Shown here: one piece after another, positions 51,901 to 60,724 of the stretch | Layout of the letters: every line of letters begins with the position of its first letter | Position numbering within the stretch: position 1 is the stretch's first letter | Origin: Catajapyx aquilonaris | Taxonomy: Eukaryota | Length of the DNA stretch: 64,000 nucleotides | NCBI GenBank assembly: GCA_000934665.2 | Contig: KZ538045.1 | Location: forward strand, 62,001-126,000 | Direction: 5' to 3' | Position numbers and translations under genes: made by a program | The notes under the pieces: generated by a model | Database searches by the model: none | The model's input: only the letters and a program-made list of their open reading frames with translations | Told to the model about the DNA's origin: nothing

Positions 51901-54426
51901 GTTGCCATTTTGTACAACTAAGAGGGCGGTACCAAAATGATTTACAATTTATTTTTTTGCCACAGACACAACGCCCATGCAGGTTGGCAAATAGGCACAC
52001 ATTATAGATATAATCCTCCTGGAGCTGAATGCACTGGCAGCATGAGTGTGTGAACCTCTCCAAGCCCTCCAGGAACCACTCTCTGGTGGTGCAGCGCACT
52101 GACTCCCAGACAACTCTTCACAGTCAACAATGTCCTCGAAATGGCATCGGCGAAGGAACTTTTTAAATACCTTTGAACAGACGAAAGTCACTGGAGGCGG
52201 GGGCATGGTGTTCTAGCGGCTATTCTGTCCAGGGTTCAAATCCCAACCCCATCAGGCAGTCACCTTCGCTAGGTCTGGTATTTTTCCGCTTTTCACCCAA
52301 CATATCCAGGCAGAATTGCTCTCCCTTCTCTGCCCAGGGCCAAGAGGAAAGGTCTGGTATTTAAGGTCACAAATGACTACTTAAGAGCGCCCTCCCTTGG
52401 GAACCTCCCTCCCCCCCCCCTCCCCCTCCCCCCCAAGAGGGCCCCTGGCCCTGTCACAGGGTATTACAAACAAATAAACAAACAAACAAAGTCACTGGAG
52501 ACCAGGCCAGGGGAGTATGGTGGGGCTGGAAGCACTCAAAGCAAGATCCATGAAAAAATCCCTTCGCCAACGCCATTTTGAGGACATTGTTCAGATTGTT
52601 GATAGTTGCTGACTGAGAAGTTGTCCAGTAGTGGTGCGTCGCACCTCCAAAAGTGGTTACTGGGTGGCCTGGAGAGGTTGCCACACCCATGAATCCTGTG
52701 CATTCGGATCCAGGAGGGTTCTGTCGATAGTGTGTGCCTATTTACTGACGGCATGGACCCTGTATTTTTGCAAAAAAAATATATATTGTAAATAATTTTG
52801 GTATGGCCCTCGTACATCTCACACCCCATTTCCCTGCAGCATAAACATCTAGGGTGAGGGGAAACTCACGGACAATCGCCAGGTAGACTGATAGTACTCG
52901 CAAAACTAATATAGGGATGTGCAATTAGTTTTGGGCACTATTGTGTAGTTAATACGTATGGCGCCTTTAAAGTGTAGAGGGCCGGATGGTAAAGTATGAG
53001 GTAAAAACCACTAAGTGCTATCATACCCAGATTCTTACTCTGACAGGATTTGATCACCTATTGCACATGGATGATGTGTTACAGACCCAAGGCTGGATTG
53101 TTCGGAGGCACTCGAGCTGGCTCTTGCTTCTTTGAAGCTGGTGGAATGGATGTGATGTCACGAAACTATGACAGGGCCGTATGTATTTACTACGCAACAG
53201 AGCCCAAAACTAATTGTGCATCCCTATATTAGTTTTACGAGTACTATCAGTCTACCTGGCAATCGTCCCCAAGTTTCCCTTCACCCTGTATGATAAGTAG
53301 GCCTACACCCATCTATTCTTAGACAAACCAAATTTTTTCCAGTTGATGACAACAGTGAGACAACTACCTGCACTGAAGGTTTCATGAAGTGGGACACCCC
53401 ATCTCCCACTCCCCCACTGACATCTGCTCCACTAAATTTCCACTTAGACGAAGAACTTGGTGTGACGCTGGTTACTCCCGAAGCAACTCCACCTCCTTCA
53501 CGTCATTCAGAAAAATTACCATCAACCACAGTAAGTTGGGAGTTGCATACAACCCCAAGTGAAACTAAGACAGACCTGGAAGTGGATTCATCCGAATCTG
53601 GTCTTACTGTGGAAGAATCTGTTGGGAAACTGAAAGTAATCCCAACTCCAGAGCTGAAGAGAATCCCAACTCCAGAGCTGAAGAGAATCCCAACTCCAGA
53701 GCTGAAGAGAATCCCAGCTCCAGAGCAGAAGAGAATCCCAGCTCCAAAGAAATTACCCTGTCCCCCAGAATCAGATCCCAAAAGTGAAAAGTCTCTCTCA
53801 GAGGTGAGCTCTCTTCATATGTTTTAGTTCCAGGACACTGTTAATCATGATGTGCATTTTTTCGTAGGTGACAGACAATCCCATATCAGAAGGTGAGTTT
53901 GTTGGACACTTATCCAAGAGTGAGGGTGAGATTACGCACTTTTCCAAGAGTGAAAGTGAGATCTCACACTTCTCCAAGAGTGAAGGTGAGATCATGCACC
54001 TTTCCAAGAGTGAAGGTGAAGTCACCATGCATTTATCCAAGAGTGAAGGTGAGGTGAGATTCCAAGTTGATGTGTGCCAGAAAATGTCTTCTGCTGAAGA
54101 AGAGGAAGGAAAAATGGAAGAGGTGACCACAATCACTGCTGCTGATGAGGCCCATCCAGTGGTGCACTTGAAGGAGATGACCCTCCTGTTTCTCCTTGCC
54201 ACTTTAGCGGGTTGCTTTGAACTTGTTGTCATTGCCGTTGCAGGGATATGAGCTTCGAGAACCAGGGGAGGTTGCAGTGTCAGCATTTGCTGTGAGAGGG
54301 TGGAATCAAGGGCATAGGCAGGACTCCTCTGCCAGCCAGGAAACAAGTGAGAAGGGTAGGAAGCTGACTGACGCTTACATGCACAACTATTTTGGGGTTG
54401 TCCACAAATCATGGCAGATTACTTGA
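28105..54426 (+). CDS. KIAA0586: TALPID3/KIAA0586-like centriolar protein, 10 exons, 5'-incomplete (863 aa reconstructed)
   Basis: Phase-consistent GT-AG chain: 28105-28198, 34979-35190, 36075-36147, 40964-41672, 48620-48818, 49911-50157, 50212-50371, 53343-53803, 53868-54122, 54244-54426 (2593 nt = 1 + 864 codons). Motifs in the order I recall for vertebrate TALPID3: EANLPIDSDIVSKVAEEALAQEV (~[23 protein letters not shown]), TP-rich blocks, then DNPISEGE (~DKPISEGE). Confidence 0.72.
29012..30709 (-). CDS. Nested secreted low-complexity protein, exon 2 (565 aa)
   Basis: Long open frame with acceptor CTAAC...CTTCCTGTAG|GAC (phase 0). T/P-rich, H/R-rich, acidic D/S/F/G and K/R-rich blocks; no Cys. 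Confidence 0.85.
   Translation of the reverse strand, partial: DSTSTTNDVESDLTTIQAAHTPSNVMATVTSVPVTTEESPTEEITTDRPAPHPILTPTTRGTPRKQNIIPWVPSSTKNKTSPPGLVLARDILPPLPPPTTVTTSTDFHTYPNRGYSYFTNYPPEDHQRSLEPPAQQKAPYPMYRLHLTESSPLLLQKRTYNTLHNMLTLPLRYAPFRRTPHRSQHHSVRTSGSNTHTHYRQPYGREQPIPFYIRYPPPPQNQDHHAHSSTRNRYRSHRHKHPGGSSHSSGSKYPKGYSSDNDYPKGNQYIQDDNSFNSESSFFGDSSFHTTFPDSESFFGGNSPFSGPDQFAEGGNYDDGSHQDSDYDKDKNPNHNYETDETDEPKQTKTKTKTRTKYSGARLRPNGRLKRKQRGHKRRPTHHNSYRRKTSRSHNPYYRSYAPGPIRPALPTTPSSRDQLSYPPQAWLARQQQALPSPSPTPTKARPDKSIFRFWSFPSRRQRYVPAQQRQHHHHPHPTSAKKARNYGRPAQNTHPTELPTWSQRHPNFDPSPWEPLRVNKFNAVPNASSSYMAAYRPATAEEVNQPSTTAEEDSAAVTAPPNEE
31199..31306 (-). CDS. Nested secreted protein, exon 1 (signal peptide)
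   Basis: MLRSQHLRPAIGASVLWSVIIFGMVVVTSPVNG-QTE has a hydrophobic core and a VNG/Q cleavage-like site. Donor GAG|GTAAGG (phase 0) is in frame with exon 2. Confidence 0.8.
31471..31505 (-). promoter_or_regulatory. Core promoter of the nested gene (TATA box + Inr)
   Basis: Minus-strand TATAAA at 31505-31500 and TCATTC at 31476-31471. The Inr A (31474) lies 31 nt from the TATA start, the canonical arthropod spacing. Confidence 0.75.
32730..32844. mobile_element. Hairpin-forming MITE remnant related to 42167-42413
   Basis: Inverted arms TGTGTAGCGTTGTGCGCCCCAATCGAG / CTCGATCGGGGCGCACAACGCTACAC. The internal sequence matches 42241-42350 in inverse orientation. Confidence 0.65.
34979..35190 (+). 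CDS. KIAA0586: TALPID3-like exon (RMVEEERE...APTN)
   Basis: TTTTACAG| acceptor, AG|GTGAGG donor, phase 0 to 2. Confidence 0.78.
36075..36147 (+). CDS. KIAA0586: TALPID3-like exon (ACSDLLRIK...PRIQ)
   Basis: TTTTAG| acceptor, |GTGAGT donor, phase 2 to 0. Confidence 0.78.
38603..38696. repeat. Imperfect inverted repeat, probable TE remnant
   Basis: AGACCAGTAAGGGAGAAAGTCGCGTG / CACGCGACTTTCGCCCGTACTGGTCT. Confidence 0.7.
39229..39930 (+). mobile_element. tRNA-derived SINE whose A-rich tail holds a second SINE
   Basis: A/B boxes, body GGTTTTC...GGCCACAGCCGCTTCCTTCC, and a 14-bp TSD ATAGAAATTCTAAT at 39215-39228 and 39931-39944. Confidence 0.85.
39513..39902 (+). mobile_element. Nested SINE of the same head family, (ATT)n(GTT)n tail
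   Basis: B box GGGTTCGAATCCC and a 14-bp TSD AATAAATAATAAAT at 39499-39512 and 39903-39916. Confidence 0.85.
40123..40783. mobile_element. PIF/Harbinger-type MITE
   Basis: TIR GGGCCGTTTTCTCGAACAGTGGTTCAAATGTAAACC at both ends; TTA TSD at 40120-40122 and 40784-40786. Confidence 0.9.
40178..40687. mobile_element. piggyBac-type MITE nested in the Harbinger MITE
   Basis: TTAA-CCCTTTCATTCC...GGAATGAAAGGG-TTAA. Confidence 0.88.
40964..41672 (+). CDS. KIAA0586: TALPID3-like large exon (EQVSQLLKKE...FDHMT)
   Basis: TTTTAG| acceptor, AG|GTAAGT donor, 709 nt open, phase 0 to 1. Confidence 0.85.
41832..42087. mobile_element. MITE, possibly Sola-like
   Basis: TIR AGGGGTGTGGTGGAAAAAGGTGATAA / TTATCACCTTTTTTCACCACACCCCT, with a 4-bp ATTT on both flanks. 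Confidence 0.7.
42167..42413. mobile_element. Tc1/mariner-type MITE
   Basis: TA-CAGGGTGTTCCAAGT...ACTTGGAACACCCTG-TA. Confidence 0.85.
42626..43320 (+). mobile_element. Internally deleted Tc1/mariner (DD37D/DUF4817-type) transposon
   Basis: TIR GTGTCCACAATGAAC / GTTCATTGTGGACACCCTG-TA. Transposase relics: MASTEEKVQFIW (N-terminus), LDML..FPQL, DRVYATKV, ITLDMMERT, and LATKGAHVE (C-terminus). Confidence 0.75.
42891..43029. mobile_element. hAT-type MITE nested in the mariner relic
   Basis: TIR CAAGGGGGTACTCACT / AGTGAGTACCCCCTCG, 8-bp TSD TGCTGGAC at 42883-42890 and 43030-43037, and internal GGTACTC repeats. Confidence 0.85.
43770..44288. mobile_element. piggyBac-type MITE related to 40178-40687, opposite orientation
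   Basis: CTAA-CCCTTTGATGGC...GCCATCAAAGGG-TTAA. 43860-44056 matches the reverse complement of 40400-40600. Confidence 0.82.
44300..44360 (-). mobile_element. Fragment of the V-domain-like SINE
   Basis: GAGAATCCCAAGAAAACCCATGCGAACACAGAGAGACCCCATCAAAACT resembles 3744-3792. Confidence 0.65.
45104..45265. mobile_element. Palindromic MITE with CAGTG ends (Tc1/mariner-like)
   Basis: About 60-bp imperfect arms CAGTGATGGACAGTAATCGAGTCATACTACTAGCGACATTTTC / GAAAATGTCGCTAGCAGTATGACTCGATTAATGTCCAACACTG-TA. Confidence 0.8.
45690..45951. mobile_element. hAT (Charlie-like) MITE
   Basis: TIR CAGTGGTTCCCAACCT / AGGTTGGGAACCACTG; 8-bp TSD GTTTAAGG at 45682-45689 and 45952-45959. Confidence 0.92.
46034..46383 (+). 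mobile_element. tRNA-derived SINE, (AAAC)n tail
   Basis: A box TGGCCGAGATGG and B box GGGTTCTAATCCC. TSD AGTAA(C/G)ATATTGT at 46021-46033 and 46384-46396. The 3' module is shared with 61298-61751. Confidence 0.85.
46424..47356 (-). mobile_element. RTE-clade LINE 3' fragment with 5' inversion
   Basis: ORF 46758-47267 has RTE C-terminal motifs (LMYGSEAW, EMCYLRAVCGVTKFDRIRNEEI, LRWFGHVERM). (TTG)n tail; 14-bp TSD AAATCCACTATTTA at 46410-46423 and 47357-47370; segment 47286-47356 is inverted. Confidence 0.9.
47884..48325. mobile_element. Tc1/mariner-type MITE with long TIRs (copy 1)
   Basis: TA-CAGGGTGAAGGG...CCCTTCACCCTG-TA with ~100-bp imperfect TIRs. Confidence 0.88.
48620..48818 (+). CDS. 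KIAA0586: TALPID3-like exon (DTQDDELPGYSG...HSET)
   Basis: TTCATTAG| acceptor, |GTGAGT donor, phase 1 to 2. Confidence 0.8.
48865..48982. repeat. 118-bp loopless palindrome
   Basis: 59-bp arms with 2 mismatches; centre ...AATAATAA|TTATTATT... at 48923/48924. Confidence 0.92.
49911..50157 (+). CDS. KIAA0586: TALPID3-like exon with conserved PIDSDIV..VAEEALA motif
   Basis: TTGACAG| acceptor, |GTAAGC donor, phase 2 to 0. Confidence 0.85.
50212..50371 (+). CDS. KIAA0586: TALPID3-like exon (KVQSEH...DEDTR)
   Basis: TTTCAG| acceptor after a 54-nt intron (NAGNAG alternative at 50215), AG|GTGTGG donor, phase 0 to 1. Confidence 0.72.
50460..50755. mobile_element. Degenerate palindromic MITE
   Basis: Arms TTTCACTTTGAATGACACACGAAACGAACGACTAGATTCCCCAG / CTGGGGAGTCTAGTCTTTCGTTTCATGTGTGATTTGAAGTGAAA, with central hairpin TCAGGGTAGCA-TAC-TGCTACCCTGA. 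Ends are approximate. Confidence 0.72.
52040..52692. mobile_element. Old inverted-repeat element interrupted by a SINE
   Basis: 52040-52165 is an imperfect reverse complement of 52553-52692. Confidence 0.65.
52197..52487 (+). mobile_element. tRNA-derived SINE, (AAAC)n tail
   Basis: B box GGGTTCAAATCCC; 13-bp TSD AAAGTCACTGGAG at 52184-52196 and 52488-52500. Confidence 0.85.
52850..53288. mobile_element. Tc1/mariner-type MITE (copy 2), inverted relative to 47884-48325
   Basis: Same TIRs; the internal region is the reverse complement of copy 1. Confidence 0.88.
53343..53803 (+). CDS. KIAA0586: TALPID3-like exon with TP-rich block and (IPTPELKR)n
   Basis: TTTTTTCCAG| acceptor, GAG|GTGAGC donor, phase 1 to 0. 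Confidence 0.85.
53638..53746 (+). repeat. Coding 24-bp tandem repeat (IPTPELKR), about 4.5 copies
   Basis: AATCCCAACTCCAGAGCTGAAGAG repeated nearly identically. Confidence 0.92.
53868..54122 (+). CDS. KIAA0586: TALPID3-like exon with six SEGE-type motifs
   Basis: TTTTCGTAG| acceptor; VTDNPISEGE followed by ~30-bp HxSKSEGE repeats; GAG|GTGACC donor, phase 0. Confidence 0.8.
54244..54426 (+). CDS. KIAA0586: Probable terminal coding exon of the TALPID3-like gene
   Basis: TTGCAG| acceptor (phase 0); GYELREPGEV...SWQIT followed by TGA. Confidence 0.6.
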   Translation, partial: GYELREPGEVAVSAFAVRGWNQGHRQDSSASQETSEKGRKLTDAYMHNYFGVVHKSWQIT

Positions 54427-55055
54427 TGTAGAATCTGATAGTAGATATGTAGGCCTAAAGTGCTTTTTGAAGGTGCAAAGCTTGGATTAGAATAATTTCT
54501 TTAGAGTTTGTATCACAAAAACCTTTGATACAATGTTGCTGGGAACATAGCAATGACTGGTAACTGCTTTAAACAGGCCTGAAGTGGTTGACAGTTATGG
54601 TTAGGGCACCTGCCTCACACATCACCATGTGATGAAAAGCTTTTAAAATGAGCTTTATTTTGTATGCATGACACTGAACCTGAATATCATAAAAATTTAA
54701 TAGCCATTTATTTAATATTTATTGACCTTTATATTAAGTCAAGAAAAATGATAAACATAGGCAGGAAGTTTTTATTTTACTGATATTGTGGTATTTTCAT
54801 GATGGATTCACATTTTGTCCAGGGTAATTTCCGAAGGGGGAACATGTAAGGGTTACATGTTAACAAGGGAAGCATTGTAATTCAGTGACTCATGATGAGG
54901 AACACGTCTATAAAAATTTATTTGCAATTTAAAATAGTTAAAAGTCACACATGAACACTTACTGATTTAGGGCAGCTTAGACAAGTTATTGCATCTGTGG
55001 AACCTTGTAGCAACCAATGAAGGAATTCTGCCACATGATTGAGTCAAATTTTCTG

Positions 55056-55112
55056 AAGCAACCCATGTACGCGTACGCGTACAAAAAAAATACACGCGTA
55101 CATGGGTTGCTT
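55056..55112. repeat. Inverted repeat with 19-bp perfect arms
   Basis: AAGCAACCCATGTACGCGT / ACGCGTACATGGGTTGCTT. It precedes an AT-rich, TE-like stretch running to ~55850. Confidence 0.85.
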
Positions 55113-57231
55113 ATGGAAATCGTAGTCTTTTTCCATACTATGGGGGTCCCTGACAGTTTGTTAGACTAAGAAGAATTCATATATTTTAAAGCCGAGGAAT
55201 ATTTGGTTTTAAATGTTGAAAAAAGTCAAATCACAAAAAATGCGAAAAACGCGATTTTACCCAAGATTAGGCTTTTGCACACGCGTACTAGGGTTGCATA
55301 GGAAAGTTCTACTTTTATTCCTTGATTGTAGGGTCTCTAAAGAGCCCATTACGCTACACTTTTTAAAAAAAAAGTCCATACACTGTTCCCCAAAAATTGA
55401 CGAAAAAGTACCAAAAAACGGAATCTTTTCCATAAAAAGGACCCTGGAAAACCTGCAATTTCTATAAAAGATTGACTTTAAACACCATAGTGGCTTCAGA
55501 CTAGACCCAGGTAACACCTAATGCCAGCAAAAACAAAATCCGAAACTTACAGTGGTTGCCAGACCTGGAAATAGGCCAAAAATCGTCAATATTTTGAATT
55601 TTTCGGATTTTTGGTCACCCTGACCCACTGCACATTTTAGGAGAGAAATCTCGGGCGTTTCCCAGCTACTTTGGGTCCTACTAACATGATGTGCATAGTG
55701 GTTTCCGAGTAACACGCCGAAAGTTTTTTTTTGTTGCGCTGTGTAATTGGAGAGTGCACTTGCAAAGTGTCTTAAATCCACCTTATGCGGAACTGAGAAA
55801 ATGAAGGTTTTTATTACATGGTGGAGACTCATATTAGCTGCCGTAACTTTTTCTGTGATAGTTATCAGTTGACTTATGCCACTCTGGTATTTTTAGGCCA
55901 TAAAATTATCACTTTGGAGGTAAGACACTATCAGTAGTTAAGCTAAATTTGCTAATGATTCAAACACCTCCTGCTTATTCCATACTTGGCCAATGAGTCT
56001 TGGTGGAGTTAAGATGTTTTACAATTTATTGTAACAGCAGTGGAGGTAATACATTTTGTAGGTGTCAAACATTTTATATATGCAACAAAAAAGATGCAAA
56101 TGTGACATTATGGAACTGACATTCTATGAATAATATATCGCCAAGAGTTGTAATAGAAACGGCAGTCATCTCATTTTCAGTGAAAAGTGGATTTAAGATG
56201 TGGAGAGGGAACTCTTCAATTCTAATCATTCATAAATTTATAGCATACCATCACATGTCTTGTGATTAGTCTTGTCCAGTGCCTATGAATTTTACGAGTA
56301 GAAAACTCTAGTATGTAATATCTTGTGCTCACTAATTGTCCTTTATTTCATATCTGAATTTGGAACGTTACAAAGGAAAGACAAATTAAACTCATGTTCC
56401 CATTTGTGTTCCAGTGTTAGCAAGATATTCTTTCCGAGCATTTTTTAAAGCATCATACTCTAGAACTTCAAACATTGTAAATTTTGCTTACCACTGTGTG
56501 TAATGACTGCCTGTAAGGAAATGCCTTGTAGTTTTAAAATGTCTAAAATGGGTAACTCCAAATATTATTCACAGAATTTAGCAGTGAGATGTTTTTGTCA
56601 AGTGAGTGATGAAATGCCAAAGTTTCAATTTATACGTGACTACTTGGTCAGACCAAGTGTCAGTCTCTGAGTGGAAGATTAGCTTGTAAGGCAGAGAAGC
56701 ATAGTACATGTGCAACTAATCGTGGCATGGGTGTGTCATTTTAATATCATGTTTTGACCTTTGGGGCCATTGAAACTGCTTATATGAACAACTTAATTTT
56801 GCCATAATTTAATTAAGCCTTTCACTCCTACAAAAGTCTATTATAATACACATCAGGGAATTTCGTGTTTCTTATTTGAAGGTCTTCTAATAGTGATGTC
56901 ACAGGCAGAATGAATTTTTGAATATATTTAGGGACACCAAAAAAATTGCAGTGGGAATTTCTGCTCAAAGGAAAGGTACACTATGTCATCCCAGTCTCCC
57001 TTTTATCTGTACACAATTGTGCCACAGTTGCATCCTAGTCTGTAGAAACAGTGGCATATAGTATGATATCCCCAGACAAAAGCAAAAGTTATGAATAATT
57101 ATTTAAAAACATGAATCGCTAACCTTTTTGCCAGGTTAACTTGATCTACTGCTGTAGCCTGTCCATCATTTTCTCAGCAACCCTACAAATGGCTATATTC
57201 ATCATGAAGATAATAATTAGAGAAAGCACAA

Positions 57232-57497
57232 TAATGACTCGTGGCGTTTCAAACATGGCTATCTTCAAAATGAGAATTTTGAGATGTCCACCCCATCTGC
57301 TGGCTAGAGTGGAACTACATTAGTTCCTGAAGCAGCAGTAACAAAAAAATGACCATCTTCACATCATTCTGCTTCGGCGAAAATCGTCGTAATTTCAGAA
57401 GGTAGCTATCTTCGGGAGCATGGTAGGATCAAAAGTGACTACTGAAACGTTGAGCCTGATTGAAGATAGCCATTTTTGAAACGCCACGACTCTATTA
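57232..57497. mobile_element. MITE, unclassified
   Basis: TIR TCGTGGCGTTTCAAACATGGCTATCTTCAA / TTGAAGATAGCCATTTTTGAAACGCCACGA. Confidence 0.7.
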
Positions 57498-58778
57498 CTA
57501 GTCTGTAAAACTGATTGAGGGTTCCATCGAAAATCACAAGTAAATTGCATTGATAATTAAGTTTAAATTAAAAGTTGTTTTTGTACTAAACTTTATTCAG
57601 GTAGGTACTGAATCTCATACACTCTAATCCCTAAAACATAGTGTCTGTTTTTCTCTGCTTTTGTTTCGGCCATCTGTTGGTAAGTCCTAACAATGTTGAG
57701 AATGGGACACTCACAGGTACTGGACTGGTATTGCTGAAGGTCAAGCAGGTGGGGGATCATCAAAGCTATGCTTCCATGTTCATTCAGCCAGAGAATAGTA
57801 CTGACAAAACGGGCTAGTAATTGTTAGTTCCATTGTTGACAAGTCATTTGACATCACTGCCATTTTCTGGATGAATGAACTGTACAGTACATCTAGGAAA
57901 ATAGCAAACATTGCCATGATTTATTTATTTATTTGTTTATTTTTTGGCTGAGGTTAATTGTACGTCACAGAAATATAATTTCTGGCATGCGTGATTTCCT
58001 TGTAATGGGTACAAAAGCCTTAAACGAAGGTTGTTACTAGGCAGCTCTGAAACCGTATGATTTCTGAGTTTGGCTTTCATACTTTGCATACTGTACATTT
58101 TGCATAGGTAAAGGAATGGAATTACTTAAGTCAAAAGTAATGAAATTGGAACTTTTACTTGTGCTTTCTTTTCTTTAACACAAGATAGATTTTAAACATG
58201 GCAAAACTGGTCTGATGCTACAGTATGTGTCCATGTGTAATCAGACATGTGTCTTTTGTCTAATTATATATTACAGGCACATTATCACATTTTATTAATT
58301 GGTTCACAGATATATTGCAATATGCTCGAGATTTCCATTAGGCATATGGCATGTGCCCAGTTTTGCAACTTGTTAGCAGTAAATAACTACAGTATGCATG
58401 TGTCATGATGCATAATGAAATGCTTCCCTCATTACTTCATTATTTTTATTTGTTTATAATAATTTGAAGTAGAGTTACCGATAATCTGCATGATTTTTGG
58501 GCACCCTTTCGCTAAATGCTACATGTCATGTTTATTTGCCAGATCTTTTCAAAATTTAAAACCCACTTCAGGTGTGGCGAAGATTGGCGTCGAAGAGATC
58601 TCAGAAGGGGACGTGTCATTTCACATACCAGGGTGGTCAAGTGACTCCTTGTCCTGAGCCAAGTTGTGTGTGTCACATTAAAAAAAATTTAGAACATAGC
58701 TTGTGCCAAAAGTAATAAAGAGAAGCATATTGGAATTTAATTGTTTTTCACTATGGATAAAGGGGTGAGGCTGTGTTT

Positions 58779-59385
58779 TTAATTCCAGAAACGCTTAGCA
58801 GTTATCTTCAGGTCAAGATTTTGCAGTTCTGCAAGTTTCTGCAAGACTCGTCCTTCATCTTGCAATTCTTGAGTCAATGCATGAAAACTTATTTCACGTA
58901 GGTTGGGGCAATATTGCATTAGGCCATGTAAGCTGCCAGGTGTTAGGTTGAATATGAATCCAAACGACACCTTCTGAAGGTGGAGCATTAAGTTGTGTCT
59001 TGACAATCTGTAGAGCATATCTGAGAGGTTCAGGTGGATGCGCATTGTCCCCAAACGACCCCAATGTGATACACTTAATGTCTCGATGTCTGGGGACGAT
59101 TTCAAAATGTAGAATATCACTACATCTGGCAACCAACCGTCACCATTGAGTGTTACTGTCACTATGTTAGGCAGAAGCAAGCCGGGTTCTGGGATTTCTG
59201 TGGTCTCAAGCAAACTGGGTGCCATCAGGATGTCCAATTCAAGTTCTTTCAAGAGGGGACAAAGGTGAGAGATTGTCCAAAGGCTTGATACCACAGGTGA
59301 GTCCAGTATTTCCAGAGATAGTGAACGTAGCATAGGTCCCTTGCAAGACAGCAAGGTAGTCATTGTCTCCGTGTTCATCATATAC
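58779..59385 (-). CDS. LRR (F-box/LRR, RNI-like) protein, last exon
   Basis: TTTCTGTTTCCAG| acceptor (phase 2); LRR units such as LRSLSLE, LCPLLKELELD, SSPDIETLSV and YCPNLREISF; TAA stop. Confidence 0.85.
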
Positions 59386-59585
59386 CTGGAAACAGAAAGA
59401 GAATATGCTCCAGTTGTAGTATGCTATTGACGTTTTACTGAGTACTTAAGATGGAAAGTATGCTGAGTTAATTATGCTATTCTTGCATTAACCACATTGT
59501 ACATGGAACACAATGTTCCACAATGTACATGGAACACAATGCTATATACCCCTTCCGGGGTATATAGCATGGACCTTTAGGTATA

Positions 59586-59703
59586 TAGTCTGGTGACCCC
59601 GGGTAGCTTGCCCCCTTGGGTAACTGGTTGTTTACTGCTATCCTTTTACATATGCTGCCATGGTGATTGCCCCAGGGCAAGCTTACCCGGGGTCACCAGA
59701 CTA
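59586..59703. mobile_element. Short MITE-like inverted repeat with TAG...CTA ends
   Basis: TAGTCTGGTGACCCCGGGTAGCTTGCCC / GGGCAAGCTTACCCGGGGTCACCAGACTA. A separate 14-bp-arm hairpin lies at 59539-59570. Confidence 0.7.
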
Positions 59704-60550
59704 GGGGCCTTATTGTATTTTAAGTAGTTAAGTACATATTATGGTGCCTATTTAATGAAAGCCCGGGCAGGGTTTGTGCTTTTCTTTGTGCTCAAAAATT
59801 ATGCCGGTGGAAACAGGCCTTAAAGGTACATTATTCTCGTAAGTGTGCTGGACCAAAATACGATGAAAAATCACATATGCATATAGTGTTTGTAGGTCTA
59901 GTAAATCAGGTTTATGTGTTTCAAAATTTGAGCAGTCTTTTTGTTGGTACTATGCTGCATATTTTTTTACATTATTTTTAATTGTTATCAAAAGTATTAG
60001 CTGCTAATATTGTGTCTAACTTATACATCCATTCAACTTCTGAATCAATGCTGTACCTGGATCAGCCAAGGCCCCACTGCAAATTACTCACCTGGGCCCC
60101 CCAATTCTTTCCTTTCCTACACTCCATTACAATCACAAGGAATCATAATTGTGTGATGAACCATTCTGCGCACAAAGTAAAACTTTGTCTCACCACTGGA
60201 GCATCCTAATGCTATACAAGACCTATTAAATTCTTCTTCAGCGAACTTTTAATTCCACTAGACTAGTTCATCAGTGATTATTTCCATGTCCAATTTCATG
60301 GCCCACATATTTTTAAGGGAACACAGCCTGTCTTGACCCATATGATATGTTTTTTATAAATTTCAGTTTGGAAAATAATTGTTACATGCAAATGTCACAG
60401 GTAGAATCAAAAACATCTCTTTGTTCACCTTCCTTTTTTTGGGTGTCACTAGCATGCTGGTAGCCTGATCCCTGATGTAACAGACACTGCAGATCCATGG
60501 GCACAATCTTCACCTGACATTAGACATTACAGCAATAGGTCATGGTCTAA

Positions 60551-60644
60551 AGGCCCATTCGCACAGGCCGTCGACATCATGATTGGTCCGCGGCGTCAAC
60601 GAGACCAAAGACCAAAATCGTCGACGGCCTGTGTGACTGGGCCT
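60551..60644. mobile_element. Short MITE (Harbinger- or Kolobok-like)
   Basis: AGGCCCATTCGCACAGGCCGTCGAC / GTCGACGGCCTGTGTGACTGGGCCT, flanked by CTAA and TTAA. Confidence 0.75.
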
Positions 60645-60724
60645 TTAAGAGGAACTAACTCTTGTAACTTTGCAATATAGCTGGGAAAATTATTTAGTTA
60701 ATGTAGCATCAATAGAAAGTATAA

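Noticed and set aside
51964..52165. Exon-like stretch after TTTTTTGCCACAG
   Set aside because: It has stops in the required phase and is one arm of an inverted-repeat element.
53886..54058. Regularly spaced 30-bp repeats resembling a CRISPR-like array
   Set aside because: They are in-frame coding repeats in a eukaryotic exon, with no unique spacers or cas genes.
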